DNA of 64,000 nucleotides. Origin: an uncultured Clostridia bacterium (GTDB lineage: Bacteria > Bacillota > Clostridia > TANB77 > CAG-508). The DNA is taken from positions 221-64,220 of the forward strand of contig CALXCJ010000002.1 in NCBI GenBank assembly GCA_944386775.1, written 5' to 3'. Shown here piece after piece: positions 37,586-46,952 of the stretch; within the stretch, counting starts at the first letter, position 1; the number at the start of each line of letters is the position of its first letter. Below the pieces are notes generated by a model that was given only the letters and a program-made list of their open reading frames with translations, did not search any database and was not told where the DNA came from. The position numbers and the translations under genes are program-made.

Positions 37586-38824
37586 TTATTTGTCAAATTT
37601 TTTTAATAGAATTGTTGCATTATGTCCTCCGAAACCTAAAGAATTTGACATTGCATATTTTACATCTACTTTTCTTCCTTCATTTGGTACTACATCTAGG
37701 TCACACTCTTCATCTGGTACTTTGTAGTTTATTGTTGCTGGTACAAAGCCTTCATCTATTGCTTTAGCACATACTATTGCTTCTACTCCTCCTGCTGCTC
37801 CAAGTAAGTGTCCTGTATGTCCTTTTGTAGAGCTTACCATTACTGTTTTTGATGCTTCACCTAACGCTGTTTTTATTGCTTGTGTCTCACAAGAGTCATT
37901 TAAGTGTGTAGATGTTCCATGGGCATTTATGTAAGTAATTTCTTCTGGTTTTGCTCCAGCATCTTGCATTGCAAGACTCATTGCTCTTGCTCCACCTTCT
38001 CCTCCTGGTGCTGGTGATGTTATGTGATATGCATCTGAAGTTGCTGCATACCCAACCATTTCAGCATATATTTTTGCTCCTCTTGCTTTAGCATGTTCTA
38101 GTTCTTCTAGAATTACAACTCCTGCTCCTTCTCCCATAACAAATCCGCTTCTTTCTTTGTCAAATGGGATACTTGCTCTTAATCTATCTTCTGATTTTGT
38201 TAATGCTTTTATATTTGTAAAACCTGCAATTCCAAGTGGTGTAATTGGTGCTTCTGTTCCTCCTGCAACAATTACATCTTGGTAGCCATGCCTTATCATT
38301 CTAAATGCTTCACCTATACAGTGAGTTCCTGAAGCACATGCTGTAACCATTGCTACAGATTCTCCCTTTGCTCCTAATTCTATTGCAACATTTCCTGTTG
38401 CCATATTTGAAATTCCCATTGGTATATACATTGGAGATACTCTATCTGGTCCTTTTGTAAAACATTTTTGGTTTTCTATTTCTATTGTTTCTATTCCGCC
38501 AATTCCAGATCCTATAATTATTCCTACTCTTTCCATATTTTCTTTTTCTTTGTCTAGCTTGCTATCTTCCCAAGCTTCTTTTGATGCAATTATTGCATAT
38601 TGTGAAAATTTGTCTAATCTTTTTGCTTCTCTTTTGTCAAAGTAGTCTTCTGGGTTGTATCCTTTTATTTCTGCTGCTATTTTTACTTTAAAATTTGATG
38701 CATCAAAAGCTTTTATATAGTCAATTCCACATTCTCCTGATTTTATTCCTTCCCAAAAGTCTTTTGCATTATTTCCTATAGGAGTTATTGCTCCAAGTCC
38801 TGTTATTACTACTCTTCTTTCCAT
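37586..38824 (-). CDS. fabF: 3-oxoacyl-ACP synthase II
   Basis: 412 aa with active-site context ACASGTH, HGTST and GHLLGAAG. Confidence 0.9.
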   Translation of the reverse strand: MERRVVITGLGAITPIGNNAKDFWEGIKSGECGIDYIKAFDASNFKVKIAAEIKGYNPEDYFDKREAKRLDKFSQYAIIASKEAWEDSKLDKEKENMERVGIIIGSGIGGIETIEIENQKCFTKGPDRVSPMYIPMGISNMATGNVAIELGAKGESVAMVTACASGTHCIGEAFRMIRHGYQDVIVAGGTEAPITPLGIAGFTNIKALTKSEDRLRASIPFDKERSGFVMGEGAGVVILEELEHAKARGAKIYAEMVGYAATSDAYHITSPAPGGEGGARAMSLAMQDAGAKPEEITYINAHGTSTHLNDSCETQAIKTALGEASKTVMVSSTKGHTGHLLGAAGGVEAIVCAKAIDEGFVPATINYKVPDEECDLDVVPNEGRKVDVKYAMSNSLGFGGHNATILLKKFDK

Positions 38825-38882
38825 TTAAATTCTTCCTTTCAATTAAGTTGTTTTAAATAAAATTTTATACATTTTTTATTTA

Positions 38883-39623
38883 CTACATTACCATACCGCC
38901 ATCTACATTGATTACTTGGCCTGTTATGTATGAGCTTTCTTCTGTTCCTAAGAAGTATATTAAATTTGCAACTTCTTTAGGGCTACCCATTCTTTTTAAT
39001 GGTATTTGATTATGAATATTTTCTTTTACTGCATCTGATAATACTTTTGTCATATCTGTTTCAATAAACCCTGGTGCTACAGCATTTACTCTTATGTTTC
39101 TTGAAGCTAACTCTTTTGCTATACTTTTTGTAAATCCTATTATACCTGCTTTTGATGCTGAATAATTTGCTTGACCTGCATTTCCTGCAACTCCAACAAC
39201 ACTTGATAGGTTTATTATACTTCCACTTCTTTTTTTCATCATATATTTTACAACTTGTTTTGTAACTATATATGTTCCTTTTAGGTTTATTTCTATTACT
39301 TTGTCAAATTCTTCTTCTGTCATTCTGATTAATAAGTTATCTCTTGTTATTCCTGCATTGTTAACTAATACATCTATTTTGCCGAATTTTTCTATTGCTT
39401 TTTCTACTACATTTTGTATTCCTTCTATGTCTGTTACATCTGCTTTTAATATTAGAGCTTCTACATTTTTTTCTTCAAATTCTTTTTGCAAGCTTTCTAC
39501 ATCTGTTTTGTCTGATACATAATTTATTACTACATTGTATCCATGGTCTGCGAATTTTAATGCTACCTCTTTTCCTATTCCTCTTGATCCTCCTGTTACA
39601 AATACTGTTTTTTGTTCTTCCAT
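38883..39623 (-). CDS. fabG: 3-oxoacyl-ACP reductase
   Basis: SDR motifs TGGSRGIG and YSASKAG. 246 aa. Confidence 0.9.
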   Translation of the reverse strand: MEEQKTVFVTGGSRGIGKEVALKFADHGYNVVINYVSDKTDVESLQKEFEEKNVEALILKADVTDIEGIQNVVEKAIEKFGKIDVLVNNAGITRDNLLIRMTEEEFDKVIEINLKGTYIVTKQVVKYMMKKRSGSIINLSSVVGVAGNAGQANYSASKAGIIGFTKSIAKELASRNIRVNAVAPGFIETDMTKVLSDAVKENIHNQIPLKRMGSPKEVANLIYFLGTEESSYITGQVINVDGGMVM

Positions 39624-39645
39624 AATCTCACTTTCCTTTCTTTTT

Positions 39646-40581
39646 TTAGTTTTTGTGTTCTGCTAAGAAATTTTCTAAACTTTCCAAACTGTTTATATTA
39701 TATGTTTTCGCTTCTTTGTTTTCTTTTTTTACAAAACCTGTTAGAGTTTTTCCTGGTCCTATTTCTACATATTCTTCTACTTGCTCTTCTTGCATTAGTT
39801 TTATTGTTTTGTCAAATCTTACAGGGCTTATTATGTGGTTTGCTAGAATTTCTTTTATATTGTCATTTTTGTCGTATATTTTTCCGTCTATATTTTTTAT
39901 TACTTTTACTTCTCCTATTTTGAATGTAACATTTTCTAGCTCTTTTTCATATGCTTTTTTTGCATCTATTAATTTTATTGTATGGAATGGTCCACTTGTT
40001 TTTAGTTTTATTACTTTTTTTGCTCCTGCTTCTTTTAACTTTTCAGTTGCTTCTTCTATTGCTTTTGCTTCTCCTGATATTGCTGTTTGGATACTGCAGT
40101 TGTAGTTTGCTGGTACTATAAATTTTCCTGTGTTTGAGATTTCAGTACATATTTTTTCTATTTTTTCTGGTTCAAGTCCTATTACTGCTGCCATTTCGTA
40201 TTCTTCTTTTGGAAGTAAATTTCCCATATAATATCCACGTTTTTTTATTAGGTTTATTCCTTCTTCAAAGTCTAACATTTTTGCATATATTAATGCACTA
40301 TATTCTCCTAAGCTTAGTCCTGCTGCATATTCTGCTGTTATATTGTTTTTTTCTAGTACTTTTAGTATTGCAAGACTTGTTACAAGTATTGCAAGTTGTG
40401 TATTTTGTGTTTTGTTTAGTTCTTCTTCTGGTCCTTCAAAACATATTTTCTTTATATCCATTCCTGATATTTTACTTGCCATTTCATATACTTCTTTTGC
40501 TTCATCATATTTTTCATATATGTCTTTTCCCATTCCTACGTTTTGTGCTCCTTGACCTGGAAATAAAAATGCTCTTTTCAT
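39646..40581 (-). CDS. fabD: Malonyl-CoA:ACP transacylase
   Basis: FPGQGAQ and GLSLGEYSAL active-site motifs. Confidence 0.9.
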   Translation of the reverse strand: MKRAFLFPGQGAQNVGMGKDIYEKYDEAKEVYEMASKISGMDIKKICFEGPEEELNKTQNTQLAILVTSLAILKVLEKNNITAEYAAGLSLGEYSALIYAKMLDFEEGINLIKKRGYYMGNLLPKEEYEMAAVIGLEPEKIEKICTEISNTGKFIVPANYNCSIQTAISGEAKAIEEATEKLKEAGAKKVIKLKTSGPFHTIKLIDAKKAYEKELENVTFKIGEVKVIKNIDGKIYDKNDNIKEILANHIISPVRFDKTIKLMQEEQVEEYVEIGPGKTLTGFVKKENKEAKTYNINSLESLENFLAEHKN

Positions 40582-40643
40582 TTTTTTGTTTACTCCTTTA
40601 CTATTTGTTTTATTTTTGGCTTATATTCTGTTTATATATTTAA

Positions 40644-41621
40644 TTACATTTGTAACAATATACTTCCTGTATTTAAACCTCCTCCATATCCAAGTAAGAT
40701 TATTTTATCACCTTTATTTATTTTATTTTCTTCTATTAGTTCATCTAGTGCTATTGGTATACTTGCACAAAATGTGTTGCCTACATTTTCTATGTTTATA
40801 TACATCTTTTGCTCTTGCACTTTTAATCTATTTGCTATTGATTTAATAATCTTTTTATTTGATTGGTGTGGCAGAATGTATTTTATATTTTCTATTTTTT
40901 CATTTGCATTTTGAAGTAATTCTTCTATGTTTTTTACTGTTTCTGTTACTGCATATTTATATATTTCTTTTCCATTCATATATATTTTATTTTCTTTTTC
41001 ACATTTTAGAATTTCGCAATTAGTTGAGTCAGATTTTATGTTTGATTTTATGTTTGATTGTATGTTTGCATTTAAATTATTTTGGTTGTTTTCACTATTT
41101 AATTCTTCACCTTCTATTAATGTTGCCCCTGCTCCATCTGATAATATTATAGATGTATTTATATCTGTTTCATCTGTATATGATGATAGTTTATCTACTC
41201 CTATAATTAATGCTTTTTTTACTTTGCCAGCTAATATATATGTACTTGCTATATCAAATGCTGCTATATATCCATTACATCCTGCAAGTATATCTATACA
41301 GTTTGCGTCTTTTATGCTAAATTCTTTTTGTATATAATTAGATATTCCTGGCATATATGTCATTGGAGTTGTTGTTGCAACTATTATTAAGTCTATATTT
41401 TCCATTAATTCTTTTGAATTTTGCTTTTTTTCAAATAAGTTTTTTGTTGAATTTATGGCTAAACTTTCTATTGTTTCTTCTTTGGCATAATATCTTTCTT
41501 TTATTCCTGTTCTTTTTTCTATGAAGTTTTCTTCTAGATTTAGCTTTTCTTCTAGTTCTTTATTTGTTACCTTGTTTTGTGGTAAGTATTTTCCGGTTGC
41601 TATTATTTTTATATTTTTCAT
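40644..41621 (-). CDS. fabH: 3-oxoacyl-ACP synthase III, with an Asn-rich low-complexity insert
   Basis: Active-site contexts LAGCNGY, HQSN and GNTFCASIP. An insert NSENNQNNLNANIQSNIKSNIKSDSTN is present. Confidence 0.85.
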   Translation of the reverse strand: MKNIKIIATGKYLPQNKVTNKELEEKLNLEENFIEKRTGIKERYYAKEETIESLAINSTKNLFEKKQNSKELMENIDLIIVATTTPMTYMPGISNYIQKEFSIKDANCIDILAGCNGYIAAFDIASTYILAGKVKKALIIGVDKLSSYTDETDINTSIILSDGAGATLIEGEELNSENNQNNLNANIQSNIKSNIKSDSTNCEILKCEKENKIYMNGKEIYKYAVTETVKNIEELLQNANEKIENIKYILPHQSNKKIIKSIANRLKVQEQKMYINIENVGNTFCASIPIALDELIEENKINKGDKIILLGYGGGLNTGSILLQM

Positions 41622-41716
41622 ATATTACCTCACATATTTTATTCTATATATTTATATACTATTTTTGGATTTTTTTCTATTAGAATGGGTGGTCAAGTTT
41701 GAATTTCTTTTTGTTA

Positions 41717-41776
41717 TTTTGGTTATTCTGGGACAGGTCCCTCGTGACCATTTTTGGTTAATTTGGGACAGGTCTT
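41717..41776. repeat. GC-rich REP-like element (type 1), one full unit plus one truncated unit
   Basis: TTTTGGTTATTCTGGGACAGGTCCCTCGTGACCA followed by TTTTTGGTTAATTTGGGACAGGTCTT. It is near-identical to 12354-12422. Confidence 0.8.
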
Positions 41777-41819
41777 TGAATGATTAATTTATGTGCCTTT
41801 TTATTTTTTGCTATTTTGG

Positions 41820-43442
41820 TTATTGGGTTTTTAGCCATTCTATAAATTCTTCATAACTATTTAAATTGTCTTCTACTCCTTTTATACTTTTTTCTATATA
41901 GTCTTGATTGTTTATTGCTTTTACATTTAGTGTATTTAAATAGTATAGGTTACTTAATTTATCAGTATTTGCTTCTTGTCTTCCTATTACTGCTCCTATG
42001 TTTGTTGTTCCTTCTACTTGTCCTTTGTTATAGCAGTTGGTTATGTCAAATGTTTCTGCATTTCTTCCTATTATTCCTCCGACTTGGTTTTCTCCGCTTA
42101 TTTTTCCTTTATTGTAGTTATTTTCTATTCTTCCTGATGTTCCTGTTTGTGATGTCCAACCTACTATTCCTCCGGATATTCCTTGTACTGTTTGTACTTC
42201 TCCTTCGTTGTAGCAGTTTGTTATATTTGCTTCACAGTCTGTTCCTATTGAACCTGCTATTCCTCCGACATTATTTGCATCTGTATCTGTTTTTGTGGAT
42301 GTTATGTTTCCTGTATTTGAACAGTTTGATATATTAGTATTTGGATACAATTGACCTACTATTCCTCCTACATTGTCACTTCCTGATACATTTCCAGTAT
42401 TAACACAATTAGTTACATTATAACCATTTATACCAGTATATGTTGTACCTATTATTCCGCCAACCAACATACCATTTTTTGATATGACTTCTCCTGAATT
42501 TGTACAATTTTCTACTGAAGCATCTGAAACACCAACTATTCCTCCAACATTTCCATTTTCACTTTTTACTATTGTGTTAACATTATTACAATTTTTTACT
42601 TCTCCTACATTAATTCCTACTATAGCACCAACTGCAGAAAATATATTTCCAGCAATAGTACACCCTTCTATATAGCTATTTTGAATTGTTAAATTTTGAA
42701 TAGTGTTACCACTCATACCAAATAATCCATATATTCCCGCTTCAGTTGTATTATTTATATATATTCCAAAAATAGTATTATTATTTCCTTCAAAAGTCCC
42801 AGAACAAGTCATTATAGTCTTCCACTCTGTACCTAAAGTTAATACCCCCTCTTCCTGCCTTGCTCCCATATCTAAATTATTTTCTAGATATACTGTTGTT
42901 TCTTCTGTTATTTCTTTTTCTTCTGTTATCCCTACACTTTGTTTTTCTGCATCGTCTACTTCCCCATTACAATACCTTGCAAAAAAATTCATTTGTGCTG
43001 TATTATATATATGCCAGTTAAATTCTTCATCTATTTCTGGGACCTCTGATGATATTCCATCCCATACATCTACTCTTCCTTCTAACACTGTTCCATCTTC
43101 ATATACTGTTACTACTACGTCATCTCTTTCTACATAGTACATATCTCCTACGCTTTCATTTTTTGTTACTGTTGCTCCTGCTACTTCGTTTAGGGCTTCT
43201 TCTGTTGTTTTTCCGTTTGATGTGTAATCGTCTATTAGTTTGTCTGATAATGCTATTTTTACTTCTTCTAATAGTGTGTTTTGGTTTGATTCTTCTTTGG
43301 CCTTTGTTGCGTTTTCTAGTATTCCATTTGGTCCGGTTAGTGTTGCTATTGCAACCCCTGCTAAAATTAGTAATACTATTACTGTTATTACTAGTGCGAT
43401 TAGTGTGATTCCTATCTCGTTTTGTAGTCTTTTGTTTTTCAT
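41820..43442 (-). CDS. GLUG-repeat surface protein with pilin-like N-terminal module
   Basis: N-terminus MKNKRLQNEIGITLIALVITVIVLLILAGVAIATLTGPNGIL, followed by about 10 repeats of the type NVGGIVG....I.NC.N.G.V. Confidence 0.8.
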   Translation of the reverse strand: MKNKRLQNEIGITLIALVITVIVLLILAGVAIATLTGPNGILENATKAKEESNQNTLLEEVKIALSDKLIDDYTSNGKTTEEALNEVAGATVTKNESVGDMYYVERDDVVVTVYEDGTVLEGRVDVWDGISSEVPEIDEEFNWHIYNTAQMNFFARYCNGEVDDAEKQSVGITEEKEITEETTVYLENNLDMGARQEEGVLTLGTEWKTIMTCSGTFEGNNNTIFGIYINNTTEAGIYGLFGMSGNTIQNLTIQNSYIEGCTIAGNIFSAVGAIVGINVGEVKNCNNVNTIVKSENGNVGGIVGVSDASVENCTNSGEVISKNGMLVGGIIGTTYTGINGYNVTNCVNTGNVSGSDNVGGIVGQLYPNTNISNCSNTGNITSTKTDTDANNVGGIAGSIGTDCEANITNCYNEGEVQTVQGISGGIVGWTSQTGTSGRIENNYNKGKISGENQVGGIIGRNAETFDITNCYNKGQVEGTTNIGAVIGRQEANTDKLSNLYYLNTLNVKAINNQDYIEKSIKGVEDNLNSYEEFIEWLKTQ

Positions 43443-43509
43443 TTTTTCTTTTCCTCCTATTTTTTTATTTTTCTTTTTTTGCTGTCTTTTATTTTGGATT
43501 TTATATTTT

Positions 43510-43703
43510 ATAATTAAGCAAAAAACTTAATTATATTTTCAAAAATCGTTAATTGCTTTATATTACTAGATTTTAGAGGTTTTTTGTGTCTTGGATTTTA
43601 CTACATTTTTATAAAAAACATTTTTCATTTATTGACAATTTTTGCGTTTAATGCTATATGTTTAATGTATTCATTAATTTAATTAATTTTTTTGCTTAAT
43701 TAC
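43510..43703. promoter_or_regulatory. Candidate invertible promoter (inverton 2), OFF relative to the GLUG gene
   Basis: ATAATTAAG-CAAAAAA-CTTAATTAT (43510-43534) matches the reverse complement of TTAATTAAT-TTTTTTG-CTTAATTAC (43679-43703) at 22/25 positions, with the core exactly inverted. Internal promoter TTGACA-17-TATATG (43632-43660) fires rightwards. Confidence 0.65.
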
Positions 43704-43767
43704 ATATATTACTTAGTTTATATTTCGGTGATTACAAATACTCTAATTATAAATATTTAACTTAAAT

Positions 43768-43813
43768 AAAAGCCCTTGGCTAAACACTTATAAATGTTTG
43801 CTTTGGGCTTTTT
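43768..43813. terminator. Imperfect bidirectional hairpin downstream of fabI
   Basis: AGCCC...AAACA pairs with TGTTT...GGGCT around an internal loop. T-runs follow on both strands. Confidence 0.45.
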
Positions 43814-43832
43814 ATTTATTATAGTCAATAAT

Positions 43833-43876
43833 GACCTGGTCACAGTTAACCATTTTTGGTTAATCGTGACCAGGTC
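43833..43876. repeat. REP-like long hairpin (type 1 variant)
   Basis: GACCTGGTCAC-AG-TTAACCA-TTTTT-TGGTTAA-TC-GTGACCAGGTC. It shares the 16-mer ACCATTTTTGGTTAAT with 41747-41762. Confidence 0.75.
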
Positions 43877-43906
43877 TTAATTAGCCATATATTAAATTTT
43901 ATTATA

Positions 43907-44677
43907 CTAAACTCCAACTATATTATACCCACTATCAACATGTATTATTTCCCCTGTTATAGCACTTGACATATCACTAAACAAGAATGCTGTACTATCT
44001 CCTACTTGATTTATAGTAACATTTCTATGTAATGGTGCTTTTTCTTCTACTACTGTTAAAATACTTCCAAAATCTTTTATACCTTTTGCTGATAATGTTT
44101 TTATTGGACCTGCTGAAATTCCATTTATACGGCAACCAATTTTTCCTAAATCAACAGCTAGATATCTTATACTTGCCTCTAAAGCTGCTTTTGCAACTCC
44201 CATTACATTATATCCTTCTATTGCTTTTTCTGAACCATAATATGTATATGCAACAATACTTGCACCTTCATTTAACATATCTTTTTCTTTTGCCATTCTA
44301 ACAATTGCAATTAATGAATAACTGCTAACATCTTGTGCATGTGCATATCCATCTCTTGATGTTAAAATGAAGTCATTTCTTAAATCTTCTGTATTTGCAT
44401 GTGCTATTGCATGTAATATTCCATCTATTTTTCCATGGTCTTTTTTAATTTCATCTAGGCAATTGCTTATATCTTCATCAATACTAACATTATTGCAAAC
44501 ATATACTGATGCACCTGGCAATTCTTTTACTAGTTCTTTTACTTTTTCTACACTATCTTGTGAACAAGTACATATAACTTCTGCACCTTGATTATATGCT
44601 GATTGTGCAGCTCCCCAAGCAATACTCCATTTGTTTCTTACTCCCATAATTACTACTTTTTTTCCTTGTAATATCAT
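43907..44677 (-). CDS. fabI: Enoyl-ACP reductase (NADH), FabI type
   Basis: GVRNKWSIAWGAAQ nucleotide-binding region and the Tyr/Lys triad region YNVMGVAKAALE. Start set at ATG 44677 after AAGGAGG. Confidence 0.8.
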   Translation of the reverse strand: MILQGKKVVIMGVRNKWSIAWGAAQSAYNQGAEVICTCSQDSVEKVKELVKELPGASVYVCNNVSIDEDISNCLDEIKKDHGKIDGILHAIAHANTEDLRNDFILTSRDGYAHAQDVSSYSLIAIVRMAKEKDMLNEGASIVAYTYYGSEKAIEGYNVMGVAKAALEASIRYLAVDLGKIGCRINGISAGPIKTLSAKGIKDFGSILTVVEEKAPLHRNVTINQVGDSTAFLFSDMSSAITGEIIHVDSGYNIVGV

Positions 44678-44703
44678 TTTAAAATTCCTCCTTATTATTT
44701 TGT

Positions 44704-44829
44704 CCCTTTTGGTAAATCGCCCAATTGGGAACATTTTTTTATTTTTTGTCCCATACGGGGACTATCCCTTTTGGGGATATTTTTCTATCCTTAGTGTTTT
44801 TGTGCGATTGAAAAACTGCCCATTTGGGG
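44704..44829. repeat. Five spaced CCC-N4-GGG(G) mini-dyads in the accA-fabI spacer
   Basis: CCCTTTTGG at 44704, CCCAATTGGG at 44720, CCCATACGGGG at 44750, CCCTTTTGGGG at 44766 and CCCATTTGGGG at 44819, within otherwise AT-rich DNA. Confidence 0.75.
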
Positions 44830-44840
44830 ACCTTTTTCAT

Positions 44841-45650
44841 TTATTGCCCTATTTTTCTATATTTTTCATACCTTTTTTCTAGCAGTTTTTGTTTATCCAT
44901 TTTTAATAGTTTTTTCAAATTCTTAATTAAATAATTTTTTATTTCTTCTGTAACTTCATCAAAGTTTTCTTCTATTCCTTCTGATGGTTCTTTTATTATT
45001 TCATCTATTATGTCTAATTTTTTTAAGTCCTTTGCGGTTATTTTCATATTCTCTGCCGCTTCTTTTGCTTTACTTGAATCTTTATATAAAATACTTGCAA
45101 AACCTTCAGGTGATAAAATTGAATATACTGCATTTTCAAGCATTACTATTTTATCTCCTACACCTATTCCTAATGCTCCTCCGCTTGAGCCTTCCCCTAT
45201 TACTATACAAATTATTGGAACTTTTAATGCTGACATTTCCATTAAGTTTCTTGCTATTGCCTCTCCTTGTCCTCTTTCTTCTGCTCCTATACCAGGGTAA
45301 GCTCCTGGTGTATCAATAAAAGTTATGATTGGCCTATTAAATTTTTCTGCTTGTTTCATTTGTCTTAATGCTTTTCTGTATCCTTCTGGGTTTGTCATAC
45401 CAAAATTTCTTTCTATGTTTTCTTTGGCAGTTTTTCCTTTTTGCTGTGCAACTATTGTTACTGGTATATCTTCAAGCATTGCGATTCCCGTAATTATAGA
45501 TTTATCATCGCCAAAACATCTATCTCCACTAAAGTCTATGAAATTTGTAAATATTTCATCTATGTAATCAGATGATTTTGGTCTTGATGCACTTCTTGCA
45601 AGTAATACTTTATCCCATGCTGATAATGTTTTTTTAGACATTTTATTCAT
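44841..45650 (-). CDS. accA: Acetyl-CoA carboxylase carboxyltransferase alpha subunit
   Basis: [10 protein letters not shown] and GEGGSGGAL-type motif ([10 protein letters not shown]). The start may be the second ATG at 45641, which has better-spaced AAGGA. Confidence 0.9.
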   Translation of the reverse strand: MNKMSKKTLSAWDKVLLARSASRPKSSDYIDEIFTNFIDFSGDRCFGDDKSIITGIAMLEDIPVTIVAQQKGKTAKENIERNFGMTNPEGYRKALRQMKQAEKFNRPIITFIDTPGAYPGIGAEERGQGEAIARNLMEMSALKVPIICIVIGEGSSGGALGIGVGDKIVMLENAVYSILSPEGFASILYKDSSKAKEAAENMKITAKDLKKLDIIDEIIKEPSEGIEENFDEVTEEIKNYLIKNLKKLLKMDKQKLLEKRYEKYRKIGQ

Positions 45651-45745
45651 TCCTTATCTATGTATTTAGGTTTTGTGGTTTTACCTATAAACCATTGAAA
45701 TAATCAAACTTTAAAGATTTTGTTAAAGTTTTTAAACTTTTTTCT

Positions 45746-45807
45746 AAAGTCCGTCCCTAAAATCCCGGCTAGACGGGATTTTAAGGTCCGTCCCTTTATC
45801 CCGGTCT
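45746..45807. repeat. GC-rich direct repeat pair (type 2) in the accD-accA spacer
   Basis: AAAGTCCGTCCCTAAAATCCCGGCT and AAGGTCCGTCCCTTTATCCCGGTCT are separated by AGACGGGATTTT. This forms the hairpin AAAATCCCG/CGGGATTTT. A related copy is at 50752-50802. Confidence 0.75.
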
Positions 45808-46651
45808 ATCCTGTTATTTCTAGAATTTTTGATATTGTGCTTTTTAGGTCTTTTCTTTCTACTATTTTGTCTATGAAACCGTGTTCTAATAGGAATTCTG
45901 ATGATTGAAATCCTTCTGGCAATTTTTGTTTTATTGTTTGTTCTATTACTCTTGGTCCTGCAAATCCTATTAGTGCATCTGGTTCTGCAAGGATTATTTC
46001 TCCTAGGCTTGCAAAGCTTGCTGTTACTCCTCCTGTTGTTGGGTCTGTTAGTACTGATATGTATAATAAGCCTGCTTGGTTTAGCCTTTCTATTGCAGCT
46101 GATGTTTTTGCCATTTGCATTAGTGAGATTATTCCTTCTTGCATTCTGGCTCCTCCTGATACACAAAATAGTATAAGTGGTAGTTTTTCTTTTATTGCTG
46201 TTTCTACTGCTAGAGTTATTCTTTCTCCTACGGCTGACCCCATACTTCCCATTAGAAAGTTTCCATCCATAACTCCTAGAACGACTTTTTTTCCTTCTAT
46301 TTCACAGATGCCACATTTTACTGCTTCTTCTATTTTGGTTTTTTCTTTTAATATTTCTACTTTTTTTAGGTATCCTTCAAAGTTTAATGGGTCTTTTGTT
46401 AATATGTCTGCTCCTATTTCAACAAATGTTCCTTCATCTGCTATTTGCTTTATTCTTCTTCTTGATGATAATCTAAAGTGCTTGCCACAGTTTGGGCATA
46501 CACTTAAGTTTTTGTGAAGATCTTCTTTGTATATTATTTCTTTGCATCTGTCACATTTTACCCATTTGCCTATCATCATGTCTTGTGCTTCTACATTTTT
46601 TGTTCTTTTTTCTTCTTTATCATTTATTTTTTTTACTTTGTCTATTATCAA
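45806..46651 (-). CDS. accD: Acetyl-CoA carboxylase carboxyltransferase beta subunit
   Basis: Zn ribbon CDRCKEIIY...CPNCG followed by the carboxyltransferase domain. Confidence 0.9.
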   Translation of the reverse strand: MIIDKVKKINDKEEKRTKNVEAQDMMIGKWVKCDRCKEIIYKEDLHKNLSVCPNCGKHFRLSSRRRIKQIADEGTFVEIGADILTKDPLNFEGYLKKVEILKEKTKIEEAVKCGICEIEGKKVVLGVMDGNFLMGSMGSAVGERITLAVETAIKEKLPLILFCVSGGARMQEGIISLMQMAKTSAAIERLNQAGLLYISVLTDPTTGGVTASFASLGEIILAEPDALIGFAGPRVIEQTIKQKLPEGFQSSEFLLEHGFIDKIVERKDLKSTISKILEITG

Positions 46652-46737
46652 TTTTTTTCTCTCCTTACTTTTATTTAATAAATGATCATTTTTAATATTT
46701 TATAGATATTATTCTTTTATATATTATGTATTATAAT

Positions 46738-46952
46738 TATTTTTATAAGTGTTCTTTTTTGTTTATACGATTAATTATACTTATTCTTATAAGTTCTCTT
46801 TTTGTTTAAAAGATTAATTACATTTATTCTTATAAGTTCTCTTTTTGTTTAAAAGATTAATTACATTTATTCTTATAAGTTCTCTTTTTATTTAAAAGAT
46901 TAATTATACTTATTCTTATAAGTTTTCTTTTTGTATAAAAGATGTATCATAA
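46738..46952. repeat. Five 43-bp tandem units ending in the accC 3' end
   Basis: TTATTCTTATAAGTTCTCTTTTTGTTTAAAAGATTAATTACAT-like units start at 46781, 46824, 46867 and 46910, preceded by a degenerate unit near 46738. The last unit encodes DTSFIQKENL plus the stop. Confidence 0.85.

Noticed and set aside
45744-46166. 140-aa minus-strand ORF rich in Arg/Asn overlapping accD
   Set aside because: It is an alternative frame of accD. Its composition (RRNN runs) is non-protein-like, and accD in the other frame has clear motifs.
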